64,000 nucleotides of DNA, from positions 6,634,001 to 6,698,000 of the forward strand of contig JBHGNT010000021.1 in the NCBI GenBank assembly GCA_043228905.1, written 5' to 3'. The notes under the pieces are model-generated. The model saw only the letters and a program-made list of their open reading frames with translations. It ran no database searches and was not told the origin of the DNA. This stretch comes from Azolla caroliniana. Taxonomy: Eukaryota > Plantae > Polypodiophyta. Numbering within the stretch: the first letter of the stretch is position 1; each line of letters starts with the position of its first letter. The translations under genes and the position numbers were made by a program. Shown here piece after piece: positions 1 to 10,926 of this stretch.

Positions 1-778
1 AGAAAGGTTGCAATGTGCATGCCAAAGGTCGCGATGTGCATGACACACGTGCCAAATGGCGCGATGTGCGTGTCACACAGGCGCGGACAAGCACCGAGCC
101 TCTATCCGCTAGTGGTTATGGAGGAGATGAATTGGCCGTTTTAGGTTTATTGTCGAGTTGTTCTTTATTGTCGAAGATGCACCCGAATTAGAATCAGTGG
201 TGCGGTGGATTGATGTGTAGGCGGCGGTAATGTGGTGGTGCGCAACGTTTATCGGATGACAACAACGGCAAAACGATCTTTGCCAGTGCTATTTCCCTCT
301 TGACGAGAATTCTAGAGATAGAGTGAATGACCACACGAAATGAAATTGTAGTAGCCGAAGTGACGTACTAATGTGGCTGTGAGAGAGAGAGAGAGAGAAA
401 GATGGGAATTGAGGAAGTGTTTAAGATAGATAGATACATGGATGGAAATTCCAATTCTAGGTTTGAACCCTTGACATCAATATTGAGAAACAAGACAAGT
501 TACCAATAAGATAAGTAGGTTTTTTAATATTAACATGTTGATTTGATACATAGCTTGATTGATGCATAGATTGATCCCCCTTCTTTCTTTCTTATATAGA
601 TGCCCCCATGCATATGATGCATGTGAGGGTGTAAAACATGCATACAGAGATGCATGATTGCCATTTGGTGCTCATGCATCACATGTGACGCATGATGACC
701 ATGTCCCTCATTCAAGCTCTAATGTATGAGCATTTACATGTGAAAAATACAATAATAAAAGTATAACAAGTAACAACT

Positions 779-880
779 TAGCCTAATGGTAAGTCAATTG
801 TGTCTTAACTTGGAGGTGCAAGGTTCAAACCTTTACTTGCACCCCTTGGTATGCACGAAAATGCTACTAGGCCTTAGGGG
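779..880 (+). promoter_or_regulatory. tRNA-like Pol III promoter cassette (box A/box B), homologous to the cassette in the N-family LTRs
   Basis: TAGCCTAATGG (779-789) and GGTTCAAACC (822-831) at tRNA-like spacing. The segment aligns by eye with 45436-45535 (shared TGGTAAG..AATTG..TCTTA..GAGGTGCAAGGTTCAAA..TACTTG..ATGCAC). Confidence 0.55.
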
Positions 881-1062
881 TTCTCTCCATTCACCGGCGT
901 TACGACGAAAGCTCGGGGGATGAGCAGCACCAGGAACAACGACGGGACCAACAGCAGCCACCACGTACGTTGCGACAAACGAGGCCGGACTGCGAAGAGC
1001 AAGTAGCGCCCGGAGAGTGGCACACACCACCTGGGGCTGAGAAGGGAGAATCAAGCATCCAT

Positions 1063-4000
1063 TGTTTTATTTGTCAGCAACCCGGACACTATGCCACGTA
1101 ATGCCCAACACGCAAGGGAAAGGGGCCTGTCGTCAATACGATTACGGCGGAGGTGCAACAAGTCACAACACGCCAGCAAACAAAAACGGCGGATTGGGCT
1201 GCGCAGGATGAGGTATGACGACAAGCCCAAGCCTGGGTGGAAAAAGCAAACGCGACCAATACAGAACGTATGCGGGAGGAGTCCGCGAACACAATGGAGC
1301 GGACAGAGAAGGAAAGACCGGGGCCGGACCCCAGTTGGCAGGTGTTAGCAGGCTGTGAAATCACGTTAACTATGGAAAAACTGCTACAGCTAGTTCCACG
1401 TTTCCGCCAGACCATGGAAGCACAAGTGGCGGGCATGCCCGGGGCGAGTGTTGTCACAAACCTGACAGACATCAGCGACGGACCACCGGTGGTGGATCAG
1501 CACAACCCGGCTATTACAGTAATATTGCACGGACAGGAAGTTCCTGGATGCGTAATTGACAACGGCTCAGGCGTCAATGTGATTAGCGCGAAAACTTGTG
1601 AATAGTTAGGCATTTCCGAATGGGAGGCGTGTCCATTGTAGCTCCGCATGGCAGATACCCGCTCAGTACGACCGTTGGGGTTAATTCGCAAAATAGGCAT
1701 CATCGTGGGCGGACACCGCTTCGACATATTGGCGGTCGTCCTCGCTTTGGACGCCCCAGGAGCGTACCCAGTGCTTCTGGGCAGACCATGGCTTCAAACA
1801 GCAAATATCAAGCAGAGTTGGCAACACGAGTGTATCAGTTTCCGGTATGGACGCACCAAGGTTCGCATACCTACGGAAGGCAACACGCCACAACCTAAGG
1901 GTATAACACCGTTATACGCGGAAGACATAAATATGCTGGCTGGGGTGGAGGATGCCGAATTGGAAGCGTACCTAGACGAACATCCTCGGATTATTCCGCT
2001 GTTCGAAATAGATGTCATCGCAACTGCAGCAGAATATACTACGGCCACTGTTCCGCACGAAGAGCCGTACGTACCAAACCCAGAGTCCATATTGGAACTC
2101 AGTAGAGCACGAGCGGCATTCGAAAGGGAAATGGAGATTTCACGTCGAGTCACCGCTTCTGCTCTCGACAAAGTGAATGTGGGTACGGAATCGGAGCCCC
2201 GGTTCCTCTCCATCGCAAAGGAATTAAGGCCAGACCAGAGAATCACAATGATCGCACTACTCACAGAATATAAAGATGTGTTCACTTGGGCTCATGAGGA
2301 CATGAAGGGGTTAGATCCCAAGTTCTATCAGCATAAGATCAATTTAGCAACTGACGCGAAACCTGTCCAGTAGCGCCGCTACCGCATGAACCCCAATTAC
2401 GCGACCCACGTGAAAGAAGAAATTGACAAGCTCCTGAGGGCGGGGTTCATACGGCCAGTTAAACAAGTGACATGGCTAAGCCCGATAGTGGTTGTCCCAA
2501 AGAAAAACGGCAAAATATGGGTATGCGTAGATTACCGAAAATTAAATGCCGTAACCATTACAGACGCATTTCCCTTACCCTTCACCGATAGCGTGCTGGA
2601 CGCCATCGCAGGCCATGAGATGTACAGTTTCTTAGATGGCTTCAGTGGCTATAACCAAGTGCACATGCACCCCGAGGACCAGGAGAAGACGGCGTTTGTC
2701 ACTGGGCAGTATATGTGGCGGTCGTCATGATGTTCGGGCTAAAGACAGCGCCGACAACATTTCAACGAACGATTACGGAGATCTTTGGGGAATACATTCC
2801 GGCGTTCATGCAAGTCTTTCTAGAAGATTTTGAGGTATATGGGCAAACAAAAGACCATTTTTCGCACTTATGTCTGTGCCTGGAACGTTGCCGCACCGCA
2901 CGCTTAAGCCTGAATCCCGCGAAATGTGCCTTCGGCATGACCAGCGGGACTCTCCTAGGCCACATTGTCAACAAAGAAGGAATAGCGGTCGACCCAAACA
3001 AGATCTCCGCTATTACGCAAGCTAAAACTCCGACAAATGCCAAATCACTTAGCCAATTTTTGGGACAAATATGGTTGCATAGTCGGATGATACGGTATTT
3101 GGCGGACTTCGCCACGCCACTACACGTTGCCGTACATCGAACTCCTTTCCAATGGACTGCAACAGAGAATAAGGCCTATGAGGCACTTAAGATAATGCTC
3201 ACACAGGCCCCCGTCGTACAACCTCCAGTTTGGGCAAAGCCATTCCACGTGTTCGTCGACGCCTCGGACATAGCAATAGGAAGCGTGCTAATGCAACTCA
3301 CCAAACCAAACTGGTACAGGCCAGTATACTACGCAAGTCGTAAATTGTCAGCAACAGAGCGTAACTATTCCACAACAAAGCGGGAGGCGCTAGGGATGAT
3401 CTATAGCATCAATAAATTCTGACACTATTTATTAGGAAGAAAATTCACGTTCCACATGGATCATTCGGCATTATTGTATTTGGTGGAGACACAAGCCCTG
3501 ACAGGGAAATTGGCGTGATGGATGCTGCTGCTCCAGGAATTCGAGTTCGTAATTCAGCACCGACCAGGGACGCAACAAGCAGTGGCGGATTTTTTGAGCA
3601 GACTTGAGAATGGAGAAAAAGTACAGAAAGACGACGACGATTTTCCGGACGCCGACATCTGGCGAGTAGCGACACTTGCAGGAAAACGGAATCCACCTTT
3701 CCGGACCGATGGCTTATGGAAATGACGTACTTTTTAACTACAGGACTGCCTCCACCACAATTACGCACGGACGAGAAGAAACGACTAGCCGTCTGAAGCC
3801 ATCACTTCTGCCTCGTGGAAGGAAATTTATATCACAAAGGAAGTGACGGCATTTGGCGACGTGGAGTCCGTCAGGATGAGAAGGAAGCAGTTTTACGGGA
3901 GGCACACTGTGGCACGGCCGGTGACCATTACGCGGGCGACGTGACAACCTGCAAAGCATGGCAGGCGGGCTTATGGTGGCCAACAACGCAGAAGGACGCA

Positions 4001-5020
4001 TCCGAGTATTGTAGAAAGTGTGATTTGTGCCAACGGATGGGTCAGCCCGTGGAGGACGCAAGGATGCCACACTAGCCCGTATTACCGCTAGACCCCTTCC
4101 AAAAGTGGGGATTGGATTTTGTAGGGCCCTTCACACCAGCAGCGGCCCGTACGGGCAACAAATACATATTGGTAGCCATGGATTATTGCACCAAATGGGT
4201 AGAAGCAAAGGCACTACGTGAAAATACGGCGGCTGTCACAACCAAATTTCTTTACGAGCACATTTGGTGCCGGTTCGGCTGTCCGATTGAGCTCATCAGT
4301 GACCAGGGGAGCCACTTCCTCAATACGGTGGTTCAGGAACTAACACAACATTACGTAGTAGTCCACAAGAAGAGCACACCATATTACCCGCAGGTGAATG
4401 GATTAGCAGAATCCACGAACAAAACATTACAGACCATTTTGAAGAAAACCGTCAATGAAAATAGAACGGACTAGGATACCATACTCCAGAGTGCGTTATG
4501 GGCGTACAGAACTAGTTACAAAACAAGCATACAGTCAACACCGTTCCGGCTAGCGTTTGGATTAGAGGCTGTGATGCCAGTCGAATTTCGGGTACCTAGT
4601 TTGCGCATTCAGGTACAGAACCGATTATTAGAAGCCAAGTCGGAGGAGGAACGGCTCTACCAACTCCTCGAACTAGGGGAAAAACACGTCCACAGCATGG
4701 CTGTGTTGGAACAGGAACAACGACGGCGTAAAGAATTTGTCGATCGACATCGGAGCGCAAGGGAAAAGGAGTTCGCTGTGGGCCGAGCGGTGCTAGTTTT
4801 TCAAACGCGCATGGGCCATATGCTAGGGAAGTTACGTTTCCGCTAGACCGGCCCATACTGGATAATTGGAGCGGAACAGGGCACGCTCCAACTAGGAACG
4901 TTGGCTGGATAAATAGTACGGCAAAAAGTGAATGGGTTTCGGCTCAAACCTTACCTGGGCCCTACGCCACCTAACCCATTCACCGTCGAACGGGACAAAG
5001 CCGGAGAACCTGCAGCGTAA
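1063..5020 (+). pseudogene. gag-pol: G1 gag-pol remnant (CCHC knuckle, aspartic protease, RT, RNase H, integrase with GPY)
   Basis: CFICQQPGHYAT*C at 1063; VIDNGSGVN; SPIVVVPKKNGK..VCVDYRKLN, FLDGFSGYNQ; VDASDIAIG; GLDFVGP, ISDQGSHF, GLAES; *TGPYW. Many stops and frameshifts. Confidence 0.92.
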
Positions 5021-5326
5021 AATGGACAAGCCCCATTTGTACTATAATGTAAAAATAGGTTGTAAATAACCGTTACGAAAAATAAAAATAAAAAGAAAAA
5101 GAAAAAGAAGAAGAGAAGATAGCGACTATTAAAACGACTAAAGGCATGCACAAACTCCTAGTTCAAGAACACGCGGCACCACGATGGCTCACCGCCCAAT
5201 GAACCCTAAGCCACAAAAAGAAGGAAACAGAAGATCGTCTACACAAAGCAGAAACCCATCTTCTAGCTATTAACACTCCCATCGCTCGTCCTCCTTACCT
5301 TCTTCCCCATCCTATCTCAGAGCTCC

Positions 5327-6002
5327 TGTTGGTAGACAGGTCCCTCCGGATGGGAAGGGAGAAGAACAATGCCGACGAACAAACTCGGCCGAGGCCGAAA
5401 CGGTATGAACCAGATCGGGAGTACCCGACTGCGGAGAGTCGGATGGTGTAGGCCCGGTATGAACCGGATGAGGAGTACCCGACTGCAGAGAGTCGGATGG
5501 TGTAGGCCCGGTATGAACCGGATGAGGAGTACCCGACTGCGGAGAGCCGGATGGAGCCCATCGAGGCTACATTTATAAATAGCCGAAGAGTCATATTAGT
5601 ATAAATATGACTTAGGGCAAACTTTTAGTTTTTTGAGTAGTAGTTGTAGCTTTGTGATTTTCTTCCTTGTTGGTGCAAGAAGAAATCAGAGCGCGTAACT
5701 GTACAGAGAGAGAGAGAGAGAGACGAGGTCGTAGCCTCTGTTGTAACCGCCGCCTGTGGTGAAGATCTGAGAGCACGAGGTCGTTGCCTCAGTGATCTCA
5801 CTGTTGTATATTTCTGCATAGTGACAGTTTGCAGCTTGTGGGCTGCCGTGGTTTTTCCCCTATTTTGGGGTTTTCCACGTATACCTCCTGTGTACCATTT
5901 CTCCTCTTTTGTGTCGCGTTTCATTACCTGCTTTTCTGTGTGTGTGAAAAGAATCTCGGTTGTGGCCGAGCGTCGGACATAAAGAACGTCGAGTTTTCAA
6001 CA
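5327..6002 (+). repeat. C1 5' LTR (676 bp) with ~2.8 copies of a 54-bp U3 repeat and (AG)9
   Basis: TGTTGG...TCAACA, direct repeat of 10105-10875. Confidence 0.96.
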
Positions 6003-6004
6003 AG

Positions 6005-6016
6005 TGGTATCAGAGC
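6005..6016 (+). promoter_or_regulatory. C1 primer-binding site, initiator tRNA-Met
   Basis: TGGTATCAGAGC, 2 nt after the LTR. Confidence 0.95.
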
Positions 6017-6032
6017 GAAATCGACACAGAAA

Positions 6033-9000
6033 ATGGACGAATCGTTTGGCGGCATGTTCAAGCTCACCGGCTCCAACTATTCAGTGTGGAAGTCGAAGAT
6101 GAGGGACATGCTCGTGGTTAAAGACCTCTGGCTGCCGGTTCAGTTCGGGGACAAGAGACCGGACAAAATCGACGCCGCGATATGGGAGGTGATGCACATG
6201 AAGACAACGGCGTACATACGGTGCTTCATCGACATGAGCCTGTACAACAACTTCAATGAAGAGAGCAAGGCTCATGAGCTCTGGGAGAAGATCGGCATGA
6301 TGTTCCAGAACAAAAATGCTGTAAATCAGGCGTCGGTATTCCGGAAGCTTGTAAGACTCCGGTACCAAGATGGCTCCAGCATGGCGGAGCATATGAATGC
6401 CTTCCAGGGGCTGATTCACCAGGCAACGTCATTGGAAGTACCTCTTGCCGATGAGGTCCTAGCGCTACTCCTGCTCGGTTCCCTCCCGGATAACTGGGAG
6501 ACGTTGGTTGTTACTTTGGGCAACGCCGGGCCGGAAGGAAAACGGCTATCCCTAGCAAGAGTAAAGTCGAGCTTGCTAGATGAGGAGGCTCGTCGGAAAG
6601 ACAAAGATACGAGCTCCGACTCCAAAGCGCTCCTTACCGAATCGGAACGCGGCAGACATAGAAACCATAGTCCCCAGAACCGGGAGAAGTCGGGGACACG
6701 ATCAAAGTCAAGGGGGAGGCCTACTTGCTTCTATTGCGGCAAGCCGGGACACTTCCAAAAGAACTGTCGGCATTTCCGTAAAGACAAGGAAACCGACGGT
6801 ACCGATTCGAAGCAAACCCCGAACCGGAACGGTACAGACCGGAACGGTAAAGACCGGAGGGGGCCGGACCGAAAGGGAACGACGGCAATTGCGGCAAGTG
6901 AAGAGGAGTTGATGCTCATAACCGAGGAGAGTGAGATAAACCATGCCGGCGATGAGATGACCTGGGTGGTAGATTCCGGAGCGTCGTTCCACCTTACCCC
7001 AGACCGGAAATGCTTCTCATCCTACTTAGCCGGTGATCACGGCTGTGTCCGGATGGGGAATGAAGGAACATGCCGAATTGTCGGCATAGGAGACGTGTGG
7101 CTGACAACACCAACCGGATGCAAGTTGCTGTTGAAAGATGTCCGACACGTTCCGGAAGTTCGTCTGAACCTGATATCAGCCGGTCGGCTAGATGATGAAG
7201 GCTACATGGGTAGCATCCGGAACGGTGTCATGAAGTTCAGCAAAGGGAGCCTGATTGTGGCTCGAGCTCGGAAGGTAAACACACTGTACCTGATGAATGC
7301 CCGGTTATGTCCGGAAGAAGTGAACGTGGCTTCCGACACTGCCGGTGAGCTGTGGCACAAGAGGCTATGTCACATGAGTGAAAAGGGGATGAAGAGGCTT
7401 GGAGACGACAACCTCATTCCAGTGAAGAACGTGCACTTAGAAAAGTGCACTGATTGTCTGGCCGGTAAGCAGAACCGGACCTCCTTCCGACCAAGGCCAC
7501 CGATGAGACGTAATGCACCACTGGAGTTGGTGCATACGGATGTTTGTCAAGTAGACACGAAGTCACATGCCGGAGCGCAGTACTTCGTGACGTTCATAGA
7601 TGACCACAGCCGGAAGCTGTGGGCCACACCACTGAAGACGAAGGATCAGGTGTTGTCCGTCTTCAAAGAGCTCCACGCGAGAGTGGAAAGAGAAACCGGC
7701 CGGAAGCTGAAGGCGGTTCGAGCAGATAACGGAGGCGAGTACCGGGGGCAGTTCGAGGAGTACTGCCGCTCGAAGGGAATCCGGCTCGAATTTACCGTGC
7801 CGAAGACGCCGGAGCTAAACGGACTGGCCGAGAGGATGAACCGGACCATAATGGAGAGGGTCCGGAGTATGCTAGCGCATGCAAAACTACCCAAGAAGTT
7901 TTGGGCTGAGGCACTGTCGACGGCGACATATGTGATAAACAGATCACCCTCAGTACCCCTGGACAGAGACACGCCACAGAGAGTATGGACCGGTAAGGAA
8001 GTGTCCTACCAGCATCTAAGGGTGTTCGGGTGTCTCGCGTACGTGCATGTAGCAAAGGACCGGAGAGGAAAGCTAGATCCAAAGACCCGGCCATGCATAT
8101 TCCTCGGTTACGGTGACGATGAGTTCGGCTACCGAGTGTGGGACCCGGTTGACAAGAAGGTATTCCGGAGTCGAGATATTATCTTCATGGAGGACAAGAC
8201 GCTCGCTGACTGGGAGTCGGAGAAGAAGATAATGAACTCCGAGTCGACCGGTAAGGATAGACTCTACAATGAGCAAGCCCAACCGGCAGGAGATCGGTTA
8301 GCACTCGAGGAACCAGCCGGTTACGGTGAGGATACCGAACCGGCAAAAGAAGAAGTAGAGGAAGCTGAGACCGGAACCGGTCAAGATCCCGAATCGGATT
8401 CGGATGAAGAGCAAATGGAGGAACCGATTACCGAAGCCCGAAGACGTAGATATCCTCTCAGGGAGAGAAGGGCGCCCCGGAGATTTCCGGATGCAGAGCA
8501 TGTCCTGCTAACCGATGAGGGGGAGCCGGAAAGCTTCGAAGAAGCGAAGGAAGACACCCACAACCGAAAATGGTTAAGTGCCATGCAGGATGAGATGGAT
8601 TCCCTGCATGAGAACCATACGTACGAATTGGTGGAGCTGCCGAAAGAAAAGCGGGCACTCCGAAACAAGTGGGTGTTCAAGTTGAAACCGGGAGATGCCG
8701 GCAACCCCCCGAGATACAAAGCCAGGATCGTGGTGAAGGGGTTCCAGCAGAAGAAGGGCGTGGATTTCGACGAAATATTCGCCCCGGTAGTAAAGATGAC
8801 CTCCATCCGGACGGTGCTGAGTATAGCAGCAAGCATGGATCTCGAGGTAGAGCAGCTGGACGTGAAGACGGCATTCCTCCACGGCGACCTCGAAGAGGAG
8901 ATCTACATGCAGCAACCGGAAGGATTTGTGGAGAAAGGGAAGGAGCACCTGGTATGCCGGTTGAAGAAGAGCCTATACGGACTGAAGCAGGCTCCCTGGC

Positions 9001-10094
9001 AATGGTATCGGAAGTTCGACTCCTTCATGACCGATCAAGGGTACCACAAGACGCAGGCCGATCACTGCGTGTTTGTGAAGAAGTTCGAAGGAGGGGACTT
9101 CCTGATACTCCTCCTGTACGTGGATGACATGTTGATCGTCGGACGAGACCAAGGCAAAATACGGATGCTGAAGAAGGCTCTCAACCGGACCTTCTCAATG
9201 AAAGACCTGGGTTCGACAAGACAGATGTTGGGGATGCACATCATTCGGGACCGGTCAGTGAAGCAACTATGGCTGTCACAGGAGAAGTATATGACAAAGG
9301 TGCTTCACCGGTTCAACATGTCAGATGCAAAACCGGTCGGATCGACACTTCCGGTAAACTGCAAGTTGTCCGGCAAGCAAAGCCCGAAGAAAAAAGGAGA
9401 GAAGGCAGATATGATGAAGATTCCATATGCCTCTGCCGTCGGGAGCTTGATGTACGCAATGGTTTGTACCCGACCGGACATTGGATACGCAGTTGGAGTG
9501 GTGAGCCGGTTTATGAGCAATCCCGGCAAGGAGCATTGGAACGCGGTCAAATGGATACTCCGGTATTTGAAGGGCACTTCAAATATGTGTCTCCGATTCG
9601 GCACCGGAAAACCTCAACTGGACGGATTCACCGATTCGGACATGTCGGCTGATGTGGATACCAACCGGTCTACATCCGGGTATGTGATGACATATGCAGG
9701 GGGAGCTGTCTCGTGGCAGTCGAGGCTGCAGAAGACGGTGGCGTTGTCAACCACAGAGGCGGAGTACATGGCGGCTGTGGAAGCCGGCAAGGAAATATTA
9801 TGGATGAAGGACTTCATCGGGGAGCTCAATATCCGGCAAGAGGAATACCAACTCTACTGCGACAGTCAAAGTGCCATCCACCTTGCTAAGAATGCGGCCT
9901 ACCATTCCCGGACGAAGCATATCCAGCGGAGGTATCACTGGATCCGGGAAAGGGTAGATGACCAGGAGTTCGCATTGGCGAAGATCCACACGGCCGAGAA
10001 CGGGTCAGATATGCTGACCAAAGTGCTGACACCCGACAAGCTGGACGCATGCCGGAAGAGGATCGGGCTGGTAAGACACCCCATGCCGGAGTGA
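6033..10094 (+). CDS. gag-pol: C1 Gag-Pol polyprotein, 1353 aa, uninterrupted
   Basis: First ATG after the PBS. CFYCGKPGHFQKNC, VVDSGASFH, WHKRLCH/CTDC, HTDVC..RADNGGEY..GLAER, LLYVDDML, FTDSD..STTEAEY..SDMLTK. Confidence 0.95.
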   Translation: MDESFGGMFKLTGSNYSVWKSKMRDMLVVKDLWLPVQFGDKRPDKIDAAIWEVMHMKTTAYIRCFIDMSLYNNFNEESKAHELWEKIGMMFQNKNAVNQASVFRKLVRLRYQDGSSMAEHMNAFQGLIHQATSLEVPLADEVLALLLLGSLPDNWETLVVTLGNAGPEGKRLSLARVKSSLLDEEARRKDKDTSSDSKALLTESERGRHRNHSPQNREKSGTRSKSRGRPTCFYCGKPGHFQKNCRHFRKDKETDGTDSKQTPNRNGTDRNGKDRRGPDRKGTTAIAASEEELMLITEESEINHAGDEMTWVVDSGASFHLTPDRKCFSSYLAGDHGCVRMGNEGTCRIVGIGDVWLTTPTGCKLLLKDVRHVPEVRLNLISAGRLDDEGYMGSIRNGVMKFSKGSLIVARARKVNTLYLMNARLCPEEVNVASDTAGELWHKRLCHMSEKGMKRLGDDNLIPVKNVHLEKCTDCLAGKQNRTSFRPRPPMRRNAPLELVHTDVCQVDTKSHAGAQYFVTFIDDHSRKLWATPLKTKDQVLSVFKELHARVERETGRKLKAVRADNGGEYRGQFEEYCRSKGIRLEFTVPKTPELNGLAERMNRTIMERVRSMLAHAKLPKKFWAEALSTATYVINRSPSVPLDRDTPQRVWTGKEVSYQHLRVFGCLAYVHVAKDRRGKLDPKTRPCIFLGYGDDEFGYRVWDPVDKKVFRSRDIIFMEDKTLADWESEKKIMNSESTGKDRLYNEQAQPAGDRLALEEPAGYGEDTEPAKEEVEEAETGTGQDPESDSDEEQMEEPITEARRRRYPLRERRAPRRFPDAEHVLLTDEGEPESFEEAKEDTHNRKWLSAMQDEMDSLHENHTYELVELPKEKRALRNKWVFKLKPGDAGNPPRYKARIVVKGFQQKKGVDFDEIFAPVVKMTSIRTVLSIAASMDLEVEQLDVKTAFLHGDLEEEIYMQQPEGFVEKGKEHLVCRLKKSLYGLKQAPWQWYRKFDSFMTDQGYHKTQADHCVFVKKFEGGDFLILLLYVDDMLIVGRDQGKIRMLKKALNRTFSMKDLGSTRQMLGMHIIRDRSVKQLWLSQEKYMTKVLHRFNMSDAKPVGSTLPVNCKLSGKQSPKKKGEKADMMKIPYASAVGSLMYAMVCTRPDIGYAVGVVSRFMSNPGKEHWNAVKWILRYLKGTSNMCLRFGTGKPQLDGFTDSDMSADVDTNRSTSGYVMTYAGGAVSWQSRLQKTVALSTTEAEYMAAVEAGKEILWMKDFIGELNIRQEEYQLYCDSQSAIHLAKNAAYHSRTKHIQRRYHWIRERVDDQEFALAKIHTAENGSDMLTKVLTPDKLDACRKRIGLVRHPMPE

Positions 10095-10104
10095 AGGGGG
10101 AGTT

Positions 10105-10875
10105 TGTTGGTAGACAGGTCCCTCCGGATGGGAAGGGAGAAGAACAGTGCCGACGAACAAACTCGGCCGAGGCCGAAACGGTATGAACCGGATCGGGAGT
10201 ACCCGACTGCGGAGAGCCGGATGGTGTAGGCCCGGTATGAACCGGAGGAAGGGACATATTCGTAAATATGTTTCTGAGAGCCCATCGAGGCTACATTTGT
10301 AAATAGCCGAAAAGTCATATCAGTAACCGGCCGGATGGGGAGAACCCGACTTCGGAGAGTCGGATGGTGTAGGCCCGGTATGAACCGGATGAGGAGTACT
10401 CGACTGCGGAGAGCCGGATGGAGCCCATCGAGGCTACATTTGTAAATAGCCGAAGAGTCATATTAGTATAAATATGACTTAGGGCAAACTTTTAGTTTTT
10501 TGAGTAGTAGTTGTAGCTTTGTGATTTTCTTCCTTGTTGGTGCAAGAAGAAATCAGAGCGCGTAACTGTACAGAGAGAGAGAGAGAGAGAGAGAGACGAG
10601 GTCGTAGCCTCTGTTGTAACCGCCGCCTGTGGCGAAGATCTGAGAGCACGAGGTCGTTGCCTCAGTGATCTCACTGTTGTATATTTCTGCATAGTGACAG
10701 TTTGCAGCTTGTGGGCTGCCGTGGTTTTTCCCCTATTTTGGGGTTTTCCACGTATACCTCCTGTGTACCATTTCTCCTCTTTTGTGTCGCGTTTCATTAC
10801 CTGCTTTTCTGTGTGTGTGAAAAGAATCTCGGTTGTGGCCGAGCGTCGGACATAAAGAACGTCGAGTTCTCAACA
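10105..10875 (+). repeat. C1 3' LTR (771 bp; 89 bp extra in U3, (AG)12)
   Basis: TGTTGG...TCAACA, preceded by the PPT and followed by the TSD. Confidence 0.96.
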
Positions 10876-10926
10876 GCTCCAACCCACCACAACCTCCCAT
10901 CTCCTCCCCACGAACCTACTCTGGCG

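Larger units (their letters stand above)
5327..10875 (+). mobile_element. C1: full-length Ty1/copia (Tnt1/Tork-like) inserted in G1
   Basis: TG...CA LTRs, 5-bp TSD GCTCC (5322-5326 / 10876-10880), PBS, PPT GAAGGGGGAG at 10093-10102, single ORF. Confidence 0.97.

Noticed and set aside
530-715. His/Met-rich 61-aa ORF
   Set aside because: By-product of ATGCAT/CATG repeats; no coding support.
5829-6032. 68-aa N-terminal extension of the C1 ORF in the track
   Set aside because: Non-ATG start inside the LTR; the real start is the ATG at 6033 after the PBS.
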